From assembly GCA_963716725.1 (NCBI GenBank), contig CAVQUB010000013.1, forward strand, positions 224,001 through 288,000: a DNA stretch of 64,000 nucleotides. Reading direction: 5' to 3'. Source of the stretch: an uncultured delta proteobacterium (GTDB lineage: Bacteria; Myxococcota_A; Polyangia; Polyangiales; Polyangiaceae). Below the pieces are notes generated by a model, which worked only from the letters and a program-made list of their open reading frames with translations, was not told the origin of the DNA and ran no database searches. The position numbers and the translations under genes were made by a program. This document shows, piece by piece, positions 1 through 9,230 of this stretch; positions within the stretch are counted from its first letter, which is position 1; each line of letters opens with the position of its first letter.

Positions 1-394
1 GGAACGCCCCAAATTGCATGGCCTCTATGGCGGTCGACACGGCGGGGTCTCCCGTCATCAGCACGAAGGGGACCAGCAAGTCGGTCTCGCGCAGCCTTCG
101 CAGCAGCTGGATGCCATCCATCCCCGGCATCGAAATGTCGCTCAGCACGACGTCGAAGCGCTCTTCCGTCATGCAGCGGGTCGCCGCTTCGCCATTGGTC
201 ACGGCCTTGACCGCAAAGCCCTTGGATTTCAGAAGTCGGGCGAGCGACTTGACCAGCAACTCGTCGTCGTCGACGAGCAGGACGGTAGCCGGAGCCGACC
301 GGGCAATTTCGCCAGAATCCCGCGCCGAGGGCGAGGGGTCGCTCGCGGGGACGCTGGGCGAGAGTATTTCGGCTTGGTTGCTCATGACGGCCAT
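1..394 (-). CDS. Response regulator (N-terminal receiver domain), runs off the left edge
   Basis: Not in the ORF track. Hand translation of the minus strand from ATG 394 (or 385) gives ...TVLLVDDDELLVKSLARLL...FDVVLSDISMPGMDGIQLL...PFVLMTGDP, canonical REC motifs. Confidence 0.85.
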   Translation of the reverse strand, partial: MAVMSNQAEILSPSVPASDPSPSARDSGEIARSAPATVLLVDDDELLVKSLARLLKSKGFAVKAVTNGEAATRCMTEERFDVVLSDISMPGMDGIQLLRRLRETDLLVPFVLMTGDPAVSTAIEAMQFGAF

Positions 395-422
395 GGACGG
401 CCGTCCCGAGAATCCCTGAAGC

Positions 423-1767
423 TCAGTCCGGAGCGGACACGATCGCGACGTACTTTCCGATCTCTTGCTGGGCGGTCTCCGAGATTTCGGTGAACTGGAC
501 GCCGGTGGCGTTGGAGCCTCGAACCGTGCGATTCCAGCGGGAGGTCGCCGAGACCTCGGTCATTTGCCCCGAGGCTGGCAGTGCGAATCGCACCTTCACC
601 GACTCACCCAACGGAACGGCGCGGTCGCCAACGAACTGAAGACCGCCTTCGGACACCTCCTCGAGGCGCCCGTCTATGCGCGAGCCGTTGGCGAGCGTGA
701 GCCGGGCGAGCGTGATGTAGGGCGCCCGCTGCTGCTTGCGTCGAGTCTGCCAGTCCACCTGCTCTCGGGGTTGGAAAGCCCCTGGGCTGTCCGCCATGGT
801 GGCAGCGCTTGCCCCGCGTCCCAGCGCTTCCGGCGGCGCCGGGAGTCGGCCAAACAGGTCGATGTGCGGCGGGTTCGGCGCGGCCGCCAGCAGCGCGCCG
901 ACGAGCTCATCCATGGTCGGGTAGCGGTCGGCTTTTGCGCGTGCGAGCGCCCGGGTGACGACGCGCGCAAGCTCCGGCGGCACGTCGGGTCTGGCTTCGA
1001 GCACGGGAACTGGCTCGGAGCTCGACACCTTCATGAGCACCTCCGCGTACGTGCCCTCGAAGGGGACGGTGCCGGTGAGGCACTCGTAGAGGACGACTCC
1101 GACGCCGTAGACGTCGACGCGTTCCATCGACTTCGCCCTCCGCCAACAGCGCCTCGGGCGCCATGTACTCGGGCGTGCCGAGCAACGCATGCTCGCGGGT
1201 CAACTTCCCGCCCAGGTGCTGCTCCGGGCTGTCGTCGGACATCTTGGCGATGCCAAAGTCCAGCAGGCGCATCTGTGGCTCCTCTCCAGGCGTCACGAAT
1301 AGGTTCGCGGGCTTGACGTCGCGATGAAGGATGCCAGCGGCGTGACAGCGGGCGAGCGCGCGCGCCGTCTCGATGGCGATGCGGGCGGACTCCCCGACGC
1401 TCAGCCGACCGCGAGCAGTAATCAGCCCTTCGACCGTGCGTCCCTCGAGTAGCTCGAAGACCAAGTACGGGACGCCGTCGCGTTCGCCGCCATCCCAGAG
1501 TTCGACGATGCCGGGGCCACGAACGCGCGAGAGGACGTCCATCTCACGCATCAGACGCGCGCGTTCCTGGGGACCTGCGCGCCTGGGCAGCTTCAGAGCA
1601 ACGGCGCGCCGCGTGTAGCAGTGTTCCGCCGCGTAGACGTCAGCAATACCTCCGCTGGCGAGCAGGCGCTTGATGACGTACCTGCCATCGACGCGCGAGC
1701 GTGCGTCGATGGAGAGCGGGGTGTGGGAAGAGGCACCGTTGTCGGGATCTGGCAGATTGACCTGCAT
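423..1767 (-). CDS. Ser/Thr protein kinase with C-terminal PilZ domain (one frameshift near 1125)
   Basis: ORF 907..1767 has VALK, HRDVKPAN, DFG and GTPEYMAPE. ORF 423..1190 continues with DVYGVGVVLYECLTG and PilZ-like RKQQR...EVSEGG. Removing one base near 1124-1125 joins them. Confidence 0.85.
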
Positions 1768-1781
1768 GATTTCGCTGCTCC

Positions 1782-2714
1782 TCAGGGGAATACTACCGAG
1801 TCGTAAATCTTCACGTCGTCCAACGCCGCACCGGCAACCTCGAGGCTGCTCTTGCCGCGAGCGCCGATGACCAGCGTGTCGCTGGCACCCACCGGCTGCA
1901 TCGACTTCGCACCCGCACTGGCGCTCGAGTATTGTGAGACCTCGACTTGGTCGAAGTAGATCCGTACGTGCTGGTCGTTGCGGGTGAAATCCCAGGTGAC
2001 AGTCACACGAACCCAGGTCCCGAGCTTGTAAGCAACCTGGTCGGCTTTCACGTGCGTGACCTCTGTCCCACCGCCTGCGTCGTTCACGCCCACGGAGAAG
2101 GACCCGGTGTCGCCCTTAGTGACGCTGAAACGACCCGCGACGAAGAGAAAGGGATGTTCCTTGCCATCCTTCGGGGAGTGTTCTGGGAGCATCCAGAAAT
2201 CGAAGGTGCCCCGAGTCGTGTCGAGGTTCCCAAGCGCAGGGTAGGACAGGTAATGACCGGAGTCCTTGATGCGCAGCGCCGATGCGCACTTGCCACCAAT
2301 GAAGTCGCCGTTGCCGGTGCCCGGCCCAACGCCCGAGCTTGGCACCTGAATCGCGACCAATCCGTCCAAGGTCGTGTAGAGCTTGGGCGTCGCCTTGGCG
2401 GAGGGTCCGCAGGGCAGAGCGGGCGCGGCCCCTGAGCCGCCGGCCCCGGCGCTGCCGCCCAGACCGCCCAGACCGCCTTGACCGGCGAGGCCGCCGAGGC
2501 CGCCGAGGCCGGCTCCCCCGCCCGAGGTCGAACCCGCACCAGCGCTGCCAGCGGCGGCTGCGCTCCCGCCCGCGCCTCCGCCGCCCGTCACGGCCGAGCC
2601 AGCGCTGCCGCCCGTCGGGGACGTGGACTCGACCCCGAACTCATCACCGGAGCACGCGCTCGAGAGTCCGACGAGGAGCAGAAGCAGCTTGGAGTGGTGT
2701 CCGGATATCGACAT
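1782..2714 (-). CDS. Lipoprotein with Gly-rich linker and LamG/concanavalin A-like domain
   Basis: Signal peptide with lipobox LSSAC, a GGAGG-rich linker, and LamG-like motifs GTFDFW, WVRVTVTW, IYFD, LVIG, ALDDVKIYD. Confidence 0.7.
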   Translation of the reverse strand: MSISGHHSKLLLLLVGLSSACSGDEFGVESTSPTGGSAGSAVTGGGGAGGSAAAAGSAGAGSTSGGGAGLGGLGGLAGQGGLGGLGGSAGAGGSGAAPALPCGPSAKATPKLYTTLDGLVAIQVPSSGVGPGTGNGDFIGGKCASALRIKDSGHYLSYPALGNLDTTRGTFDFWMLPEHSPKDGKEHPFLFVAGRFSVTKGDTGSFSVGVNDAGGGTEVTHVKADQVAYKLGTWVRVTVTWDFTRNDQHVRIYFDQVEVSQYSSASAGAKSMQPVGASDTLVIGARGKSSLEVAGAALDDVKIYDSVVFP

Positions 2715-2720
2715 GGGTCG

Positions 2721-3569
2721 TCAAATCGCTGTCGTGAGGTTCAGGCGCTGGCGGCCCACGCCGCTCTCGCGTTCAAAAGTTTCTTTCAGCCGCCGCCATT
2801 GGGCGTCGTTGACGCCGAGCGCTTCGATGTCCTCGAATTCGGGCTCGACTTCAGCGGTGATGAGATCGGAGAGCATGACCAGTCTCACGGCGTTGGACTC
2901 GGTTGCGCCGACATCGTGATGAGCAGCGCAGGCGTCGACGATCTCTGAAGGCAAATGCCAGGCCATGGCGATCTCCGCACCGGCCCGATTGTGATGCTTG
3001 CGCACCAAGCGCTCCACCTCGGCGCTCCCTGGAGCGACCGCGGGCATGCCTTCGAAGACCCGATAGATCCGCGCCTCGCCAATGTCGTGAAGCAGGCCGC
3101 ACATGTAGGCCAGTTCGAGCGGCGCCCCGAGCACCTGGGTCGCCACCCGAGCAGCGATCGCGCAGCGCACGCTGCGGTCGAAGGAGGCCCGCACTTCACC
3201 CTGAAAGCGCTTCAGCCCAACGGTCGTGTTGGCGTAAACCACCTGGAACAGCAGATCCCGAGTCCTGGCCAGTCCCAGCCGCACGATGGCCGCCTGCGTC
3301 GATCCGATCACGAACCCTCGGAAGTAGAGCGCGCTGTTGGCGACCGAGAGGAAGCGAGCAGCAATGGGCGGGTCGGTCTCGACGAGCCGCGCGAGCTCAG
3401 CCAGGTTGGCGTTTCGGTCGTTCGCGAGCCGCAGCGCCATGCCGGCAACCTGGGGCAAGACAGGCAATCCCGCGCGCCCGGTGCTCAATCGCTTCAGGAG
3501 CTCGCGCTCCAGCATTGAGCCGCCGTCCGAGTCGGGCGGCTCGATACCGGCAGCCTCGGCCTCGATCAT
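2721..3569 (-). CDS. HDOD domain protein
   Basis: LPVLPQVA, DPPIAARFLSVANSA, AIVRLG, GLLHDIG, AWHLP...AHH. Confidence 0.9.
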   Translation of the reverse strand: MIEAEAAGIEPPDSDGGSMLERELLKRLSTGRAGLPVLPQVAGMALRLANDRNANLAELARLVETDPPIAARFLSVANSALYFRGFVIGSTQAAIVRLGLARTRDLLFQVVYANTTVGLKRFQGEVRASFDRSVRCAIAARVATQVLGAPLELAYMCGLLHDIGEARIYRVFEGMPAVAPGSAEVERLVRKHHNRAGAEIAMAWHLPSEIVDACAAHHDVGATESNAVRLVMLSDLITAEVEPEFEDIEALGVNDAQWRRLKETFERESGVGRQRLNLTTAI

Positions 3570-4600
3570 CGCCCGGCCTCCTCTGCGCGCGCGAGCGTCG
3601 ATGAAGGCCGCACCGACGAGTCCGTCGAAGCGAGCATCTCTTCACACTCGGGGGTGTGCATGACCACCCGGTTGCGCCCTGCGCGTTTGGCGGCGTAAAG
3701 CGCGAGATCTGCCCGGCGGAACACCGACTGGACATCCTCGGCGCTTCGCGGATCGAAGACCGCCGTGCCGATGCTCACCGTGACCCGTTTCGGACCCGGG
3801 TTGAAAGGGGGCAGCTCCTCGATGCTCCGACGGAGACGCTCTGCAACGAGCCGTGCCGACTCTGGGCCCGCGCCAGCCACGATAGCGACGAACTCCTCCC
3901 CTCCGTATCGACCCACGGCGTCGCCGGGGCGCAGGCCCGCTCGCAGCATTTCGGAGATCGCCACCAAGACCCGATCACCCACCAAATGTCCGTAGCCGTC
4001 GTTGATTTGCTTGAAGCGATCCCCATCTACGAACAGCACGCCGAAGCGTTCACGGCCGTCGACCCGCGTCCGAACTGCGCGCTCGATGGCGCGCCGATTC
4101 ATGAGACCGGTCAGGGAGTCACACTCGGCGTCGCGCCGGAGGAGGTCGCGTTCGCTGCGAACTCGGTGCAGCGCGTCGACGAGCCGCTTGACCCGCAGGT
4201 GCGCTCGAAGGCGCGCCGAGAGCTCTACGACCGCCGAGGGCTCGCGCACGAAATCGTCCGCGCCGGCCAGCAGGCTCGCGGCGATCTCGTGCTCGCTGAG
4301 CGGGACCCAGGTTACGACCACGACCGGAAGGTGACGCTTCGGATCCAGCGCCGAGAGTTCACCGCACAACTCGGTGCAGCTGGTGTACTGCTGCGCCGCA
4401 TCGAGCAAGACCAGATCTGGCTCGAATTCAGCCACCACGCGAATCAATTCGTCGGCGTCAGAGAGCTTCAGAGCCTCATAGCCGTCGCGGTCCAACACCT
4501 GCACCAGCTCGACCTGATGCGCCGCGTCGGGACTTACCACCAGAATACGGGAGGCCCGCTCCGAGATGGGCGGCGCGCTGGAAACTCGAGGTTCGAACAT
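3566..4600 (-). CDS. Diguanylate cyclase (degenerate REC + GGDEF)
   Basis: DSLTGLMNRR, DGDRFKQINDGYGHLVGD, RPGD I-site, RYGGEEF. The N-terminal REC-like domain is degenerate. Confidence 0.9.
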   Translation of the reverse strand: MFEPRVSSAPPISERASRILVVSPDAAHQVELVQVLDRDGYEALKLSDADELIRVVAEFEPDLVLLDAAQQYTSCTELCGELSALDPKRHLPVVVVTWVPLSEHEIAASLLAGADDFVREPSAVVELSARLRAHLRVKRLVDALHRVRSERDLLRRDAECDSLTGLMNRRAIERAVRTRVDGRERFGVLFVDGDRFKQINDGYGHLVGDRVLVAISEMLRAGLRPGDAVGRYGGEEFVAIVAGAGPESARLVAERLRRSIEELPPFNPGPKRVTVSIGTAVFDPRSAEDVQSVFRRADLALYAAKRAGRNRVVMHTPECEEMLASTDSSVRPSSTLARAEEAGR

Positions 4601-4632
4601 GAATGGTGCGGCTTGAACGATCTGCTGGCCCA

Positions 4633-4660
4633 GTAACGGCAGGATGAGGAAAACCCTGAG
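4633..4660 (-). promoter_or_regulatory. Putative sigma28 promoter for the GGDEF-HDOD-lipoprotein-kinase operon
   Basis: CTCAGG-N14-GCCGTTAC, same spacing as the motif upstream of flgM and fliC2. Confidence 0.55.
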
Positions 4661-4663
4661 CGG

Positions 4664-6595
4664 TCAGCTCTCGCTAAGCTGAGCTTCGGGCTCGGGGGAG
4701 CCCGGCGGCGGGGTCCCCGGGGGAGGCGGAGGCTCCGTGGGAGCGGCGCCAAGCCCGCCCATTTCCTGGGTTCGGCCGACCCTGCAGCGATTCCGAGCGG
4801 AGGGCCGGCTGCACTGCGCGCCGCCCCGCAACGGAGAGTTCTCGGGCTCAATGAATCGGGGAAGCTCGGGCGCGGAGGCTCCAGCGGCGGCGGCGTCATC
4901 GGCAAGGGGTGGTCGTTCGAGCGCCGTCGGCGGCGGCTCGCTCGGGTACCACGCGGTCTCGGCGGGCGGCGGTTCGCTGGGCTTCATCACAATCACCGGA
5001 TCGGGCGGCACACTGATCGATCTCTCGACAGCGCCGGTCGGGAGTTGGGTCGGCAGCAGCGCATCTGGATGCCCGCCGATGAACTCGAGATTGGGCAACG
5101 GCGCCTGTTTCGGCAGCTCGACCTGCATGAGATCGGGTTGCGAACGCCGCTCCGCAGCGGACCGCGCCTGCTGTCGCAGGAAGCGCAGCCGGCGGCCGAC
5201 GCGCCCGAGAATCACCACCACCGCCGTGGAGAAGAGCGCGGCGAGCAGCGCAACCAAGAGGGCGGCACCGAAGCCCGAACCCGACGCGAGGACGCCGAGA
5301 CCTGCGGCCAGGGCCACCGTCCCGGCCGCTCCAACGCCGATGCCGAGGGGGAGCGGCGCATCTCGCTCCTCCGAGCGATATGCGGACACGCAGCGCGCGC
5401 ACCACTGCTCTCGTTCGTGCCAGTGCTCGGGGCAGACGTAGCCGCCACAGGCGGCGCAGGTCCACCCAAAACTGGGGCCGGCACAGCATGCGCACGCAAA
5501 CTGCTTCGGGACCTTCGACGTCGGCGCCTGCGACTTCGGTTCGACGCTGGGTCGCCGTGGCACTACTTCCGGATCCGCGTCCCGACCCCGCGAGCGGGCA
5601 TGGAAGTACAACCCTTCGAAGTCACTCCACATGGCAGCCAGCTGCGCCTCGCCAATCTCGAGGTAGCTCGCCATTTCCGTCTTCATGAGGGCCGCAATGG
5701 CGTCGCCCTTCGGAGTGGCAACGAGCGCGTGCGCGATGGCGTCCGCCAAGCGCAGCGCCTGCACCATGGCAGCCACCATACCGCCCGCTCGCAGCGCCCG
5801 AGCTGGCTGATGATGCCAGGAGACCACCCGCGGCACCGGTTCGGGGATGTGCCACGCGGACAGGACGTGGGCGCCGAGCACGCCGTGGTCGAAGCCGAAG
5901 CGCTCGCGTTCGGCGGCAGAGACCTGGTCGGGTGTGCCTTCGTGGTCGGCGAGCAGCTCTGCGTAAGTCGAGCCCTCGGTCTCGAGCAGCATCAGCTTCC
6001 CGATGTCGTGCAAGAAGCCGGACGTCGCGAGCTCGTCGCGGGGAAGTCCGAAGTGGGCCGCCAGGTATCTGCAAAGAGAGCCGACGACCGCCGCGTGCTC
6101 CACCACCCGCGACGCCACTTGTGCGCTCGATTCGAACATGTCCAGCACAGCCGCGGTGGTCGCCAGCTGGTTGAGCCGGCGAGTACCGACCAGCACGGCA
6201 GCGTGGTGGACCGAGCTGCAGCGCATGCGGAGGGCGTAGCCAGAGGAGTTGACGAGGCGCAGTAGTCGAGCCGAGAGCGCCGGATCGCCCTCCAAGACCC
6301 GAACCACGTCCGCGATCTTGCACGACGTTCCGCGCGTGAGTTCATCGAGTCGCCGGGCTGCCTCGGGAAATGGCTTGGCCCCCAGGATGCGCCCCACCCT
6401 CGCCGCCATGCTCTGAGCGACGCGCTCCTCGGCGCCCGCGTCGACTGAGCTGCCGAACCAAAGGTCTTCTTGCACAGGCACGTCGGCGGGGAAACCGGAC
6501 GAAGTGCGCGCCTGCGCTTTCGGACGTTGGGACTCCCGATACCCGGCGGGTCTTCCGCTCACCGACCTGAGCGGGCGGTTGGACACGCGTGACAT
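4664..6595 (-). CDS. HDOD protein with Cys-rich Zn-finger-like segment, two TM helices and Pro-rich tail
   Basis: HDOD motifs (DPALSARLLRLVNSS, GFLHDIGK, AWHIP, WHH), then CACC..CAAC..CPEH..CARC and a hydrophobic hairpin. Start set at ATG 6595, downstream of a sigma54 motif. Confidence 0.8.
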   Translation of the reverse strand: MSRVSNRPLRSVSGRPAGYRESQRPKAQARTSSGFPADVPVQEDLWFGSSVDAGAEERVAQSMAARVGRILGAKPFPEAARRLDELTRGTSCKIADVVRVLEGDPALSARLLRLVNSSGYALRMRCSSVHHAAVLVGTRRLNQLATTAAVLDMFESSAQVASRVVEHAAVVGSLCRYLAAHFGLPRDELATSGFLHDIGKLMLLETEGSTYAELLADHEGTPDQVSAAERERFGFDHGVLGAHVLSAWHIPEPVPRVVSWHHQPARALRAGGMVAAMVQALRLADAIAHALVATPKGDAIAALMKTEMASYLEIGEAQLAAMWSDFEGLYFHARSRGRDADPEVVPRRPSVEPKSQAPTSKVPKQFACACCAGPSFGWTCAACGGYVCPEHWHEREQWCARCVSAYRSEERDAPLPLGIGVGAAGTVALAAGLGVLASGSGFGAALLVALLAALFSTAVVVILGRVGRRLRFLRQQARSAAERRSQPDLMQVELPKQAPLPNLEFIGGHPDALLPTQLPTGAVERSISVPPDPVIVMKPSEPPPAETAWYPSEPPPTALERPPLADDAAAAGASAPELPRFIEPENSPLRGGAQCSRPSARNRCRVGRTQEMGGLGAAPTEPPPPPGTPPPGSPEPEAQLSES

Positions 6596-6606
6596 GCCTC
6601 GAGCCA

Positions 6607-6622
6607 AGCAAGTCGCGGGCCC
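6607..6622 (-). promoter_or_regulatory. Putative sigma54 promoter (HDOD gene)
   Basis: GGGCCCGCGACTTGCT (GG-N10-GC with TTGC); ATG at predicted +2. Confidence 0.55.
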
Positions 6623-6623
6623 A

Positions 6624-6639
6624 AGGCGCAGCTCTTGCT
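6624..6639 (+). promoter_or_regulatory. Putative sigma54 promoter (secreted hydrolase-like gene)
   Basis: AGGCGCAGCTCTTGCT; in-frame TTG at +2 and ATG at +5. Confidence 0.55.
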
Positions 6640-6653
6640 TTGCACGCCGGTTG

Positions 6654-7598
6654 ATGCGGATCTCCCGACCGATCTCCAGCGCCTTGACGGCATTGACGCT
6701 GATGCTGTGTCAAACCGCCGACAGCTCCGCTGAACCGAAGAATGCGTGGGTGCTGGTCAAGCCGGGCGCCGAAACTCAGGTGCAGAAGTCCGTGCAGGAG
6801 CGCGGCGGCATCAACCCCTGCATGACCGAAGATCCAGGATTCGGCGCGTACGAGCCCTGGCGGCGCGGACTGCCGACAGGACAGCTCCTGGCACCTCGAA
6901 CCTGGCGGGCGAAGGGCGCTTTCGACGTGGTGTTCCACTTCCATGGGCACGAGGCGGCGCGCAAAGAGTGGGTGCGGGTCATGGACGGGCCGGTCCTCGT
7001 GGGAATCGACCTCGGAAATGGCTCGGGACCCTACGACCACTACTTCTCGTCGCCGGACGCTTTCCGCGAACTCGTCGCCGCGACCGAGCGCGTGGTCGCG
7101 GGTCGGATGGGGGTCGCGTCGGCTCGCGTCCGACGGATCGGGTTGAGCTCGTGGAGCGCCGGCTACGGCGCCATCAGCCGCATCCTGACGCAGAAGCACA
7201 ACATCGACAGCGTCGTCCTGCTCGACGGGCTGCACTCGGGCTACGACAGCGCGGGCGGCACGCTAAATCCGATGCAGCTCGGTCCCTTCTCCGCATTTGC
7301 CAAGGAGGCCGCCGCTCGGAAGCGGCTGATGTACGTCACTCACTCGTCGATCATCCCGCCCGGCTACGCCTCGACCACCGAGACCTCGAACTACCTCATT
7401 TCCGAGGTCGGAGGACGCCCGCGACCCAGCAAGCCACGCCGCGGCGATCGCTTCGGGCTCGACCTGATCTCGTGGTTCGTGAAGGGCGGGTTCCATGTCC
7501 GCGGATACGCGGGCAACGGCCCGGCCGATCACTGCGCCCAGTTCGGCGCGTACGGCGACGTACTGCGCATCCACCTCGCCAGACGCTGGCGGGCTTGA
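6654..7598 (+). CDS. Secreted hypothetical protein, alpha/beta-hydrolase-like
   Basis: Signal-peptide-like N-terminus, VVFHFHG, nucleophile-elbow-like SSWSAGYGA, VVLLDGLHS, C-terminal DH. Confidence 0.65.
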   Translation: MRISRPISSALTALTLMLCQTADSSAEPKNAWVLVKPGAETQVQKSVQERGGINPCMTEDPGFGAYEPWRRGLPTGQLLAPRTWRAKGAFDVVFHFHGHEAARKEWVRVMDGPVLVGIDLGNGSGPYDHYFSSPDAFRELVAATERVVAGRMGVASARVRRIGLSSWSAGYGAISRILTQKHNIDSVVLLDGLHSGYDSAGGTLNPMQLGPFSAFAKEAAARKRLMYVTHSSIIPPGYASTTETSNYLISEVGGRPRPSKPRRGDRFGLDLISWFVKGGFHVRGYAGNGPADHCAQFGAYGDVLRIHLARRWRA

Positions 7599-7602
7599 TC
7601 GC

Positions 7603-7863
7603 TCACTTACCGAGCTTCGCGACCTCGCGCTCGAGCTCCAGCGCGGTCGACAAAACGCGCAGGTTCGCCACGGCCGCGTATTTATGCAGGCGCATGTCGA
7701 CGGTGGCGCCGATCTTGTCGGGCGCGCTCCCACTGCTGACGGTCACGCGGTCACCCAAGAGGTCAGTGGGCTCGGCGATGGTCTTCGCAGATTGCTCGAA
7801 CCGCGCCAGGCTCGAGCCCAGTCCCGCCAGCGCGGTATTCGTCAAAGCATTGATTCCGGCCAC
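7603..7863 (-). CDS. Small flagellar axial-like protein (rod/hook N- and C-terminal helices only)
   Basis: N-terminal ALTNTALAGLGSSLARFEQSAKTIA and C-terminal DKIGATVDMRLHKYAAVANLRVLSTALELEREVAKL align by eye with the termini of FlgC in this window. Confidence 0.6.
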   Translation of the reverse strand: MAGINALTNTALAGLGSSLARFEQSAKTIAEPTDLLGDRVTVSSGSAPDKIGATVDMRLHKYAAVANLRVLSTALELEREVAKLGK

Positions 7864-7870
7864 GCCCCCC

Positions 7871-7898
7871 TGAACGGAGGGCTGCCCGGGGACTTGAG
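7871..7898 (-). promoter_or_regulatory. Putative sigma28 promoter (small axial-like gene)
   Basis: CTCAAG-N14-TCCGTTCA; the GTG start follows after a 7 nt spacer. Confidence 0.7.
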
Positions 7899-7900
7899 CG

Positions 7901-8406
7901 TCACTCTGCGCTCATCTGGCGAGCCGCCTCGTCCTCGGTCAGAGGTGGCGCGGGCTCCGTCTCCGACTCGCGCTCGCGCGGCTGAAAATAGAGTTCACGT
8001 GTCGAGAACCGGGTGCCGTCGAGCAGTACCTGCGCGCCCTTCTTCGCCGCGGTGTCGACCAAGATGGGGGCCATCAGGTTCACTGTGGCAAGCCCCGAAG
8101 GCGGCGCCGAGAGCACGGCCATCACAGCGATGTCGTCGGGCTCGTCGCTCAGCCCGTGCGCGGCGGCGATCTCTGGATGGGCACGTCAGGGTACGCGCCG
8201 CGGAAACCATGGGCCGACACCACGGGGAAAGCGAGGGCTGAAGTGGTGGTGGACTGAAGCCACGCGACGGCGTCCGAGCGCCCGTGGCCGACTAAGATGA
8301 AGCTCTGCTCCGTCGGAAATCCGATGATCCCCGAAGCGAACTCGATGGTGTCCGCTGCACTGGTTTCGATGGTGCCGAATCGATCGCTCCGAACGGTAAT
8401 GGTCAT
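7901..8406 (-). CDS. fliW: Flagellar assembly factor FliW (frameshift near 8173)
   Basis: RFGTIE...IEFASGIIGFP...WLQS...LAFPVV in one frame, then TVNLMAPILVD...KGAQVLL in another. Adding one base (cagag to caggag) restores a 168 aa ORF. Confidence 0.85.
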
Positions 8407-8450
8407 TTCGCGTGCTCCTTCCGTACGCTTAGCAACGTCGATGCCAGACC

Positions 8451-9185
8451 TCAGGGGGGGGCCGGGAGGCTCAGTACGAAAGTGGCGCCTTGGCCCGGGC
8501 CGCTCACGACCGAAAGGCCGCCTCCATGGGCGTCGGCCACCCGCTGGCAGAATGCGAGTCCAACGCCCGTGCCCTCGGAATCGTTGGCGACGTAAAGGTC
8601 GAATATTTTCGCCTGATCCTCCGAGCTGATCCCTGGCCCCTCGTCGGCCACACTGATGGCGATCCGGTCGGCGTGGCGGCTGTAGGACAGGACAATCGTC
8701 GCGCCTCGGGCCGATACCTTGAGCGCGTTGTCCAAGAGATTGTCCAACACTCGCTGGACGAGCCCCTGGTCGACGTCGCACCAAACAGGGTCATCGCCTT
8801 CGACGACCAGTCTGACACCCGAGACGTCAGCGAGATGGCGGAGTCGGTTCTGCGCTGCCCGAGCCAGCGTACCGATCTCGACCCTGCCCAGCTCCGCGGC
8901 CAGATTGCTCGACCCCGAGCGAGCCGACGCCAGCGCCTCCAGCAAAATACGCGAGAGTTGCCCGACCATTTGGCCCATTTCTGCGACCGCCGCGCCGACC
9001 TCGGTGTGGGTGCGCGTCGCATGCGCGACCTGGAGCCAATCGAGCCCGGCCTGGAGCGCACACGCCATGTTCTTGGCGTCGTGGAGCGCGAAGGCCATCT
9101 GCGTGACGAGCTCTTCCCGCTCGTCCACACGGAACACACCGCTGGCGGATTCGCCGTGGTTTATGCTGAACGCCGAGGAGGTCAC
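8451..9185 (-). CDS. Cytoplasmic histidine kinase with no sensor domain
   Basis: H-box LHDAKN, N-box DNLLDNALK, DEGPGI, GTGVGLAF; only about 30 aa precede the H-box. Confidence 0.85.
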   Translation of the reverse strand: MTSSAFSINHGESASGVFRVDEREELVTQMAFALHDAKNMACALQAGLDWLQVAHATRTHTEVGAAVAEMGQMVGQLSRILLEALASARSGSSNLAAELGRVEIGTLARAAQNRLRHLADVSGVRLVVEGDDPVWCDVDQGLVQRVLDNLLDNALKVSARGATIVLSYSRHADRIAISVADEGPGISSEDQAKIFDLYVANDSEGTGVGLAFCQRVADAHGGGLSVVSGPGQGATFVLSLPAPP

Positions 9186-9202
9186 TTCGAGCCCGTCCGC
9201 AC

Positions 9203-9230
9203 TGAACGGCCCGGTCAGCGGGTCCTTTAA
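9203..9230 (-). promoter_or_regulatory. Putative sigma28 promoter (histidine kinase-fliW)
   Basis: TTAAAG-N14-GCCGTTCA, i.e. TAAA-N15-GCCGTTCA, immediately after the fliA stop. Confidence 0.7.

Noticed and set aside
14..493. Plus-strand ORFs 14..493 and 18..419
   Set aside because: Shadows of the minus-strand response regulator, which has canonical REC motifs.
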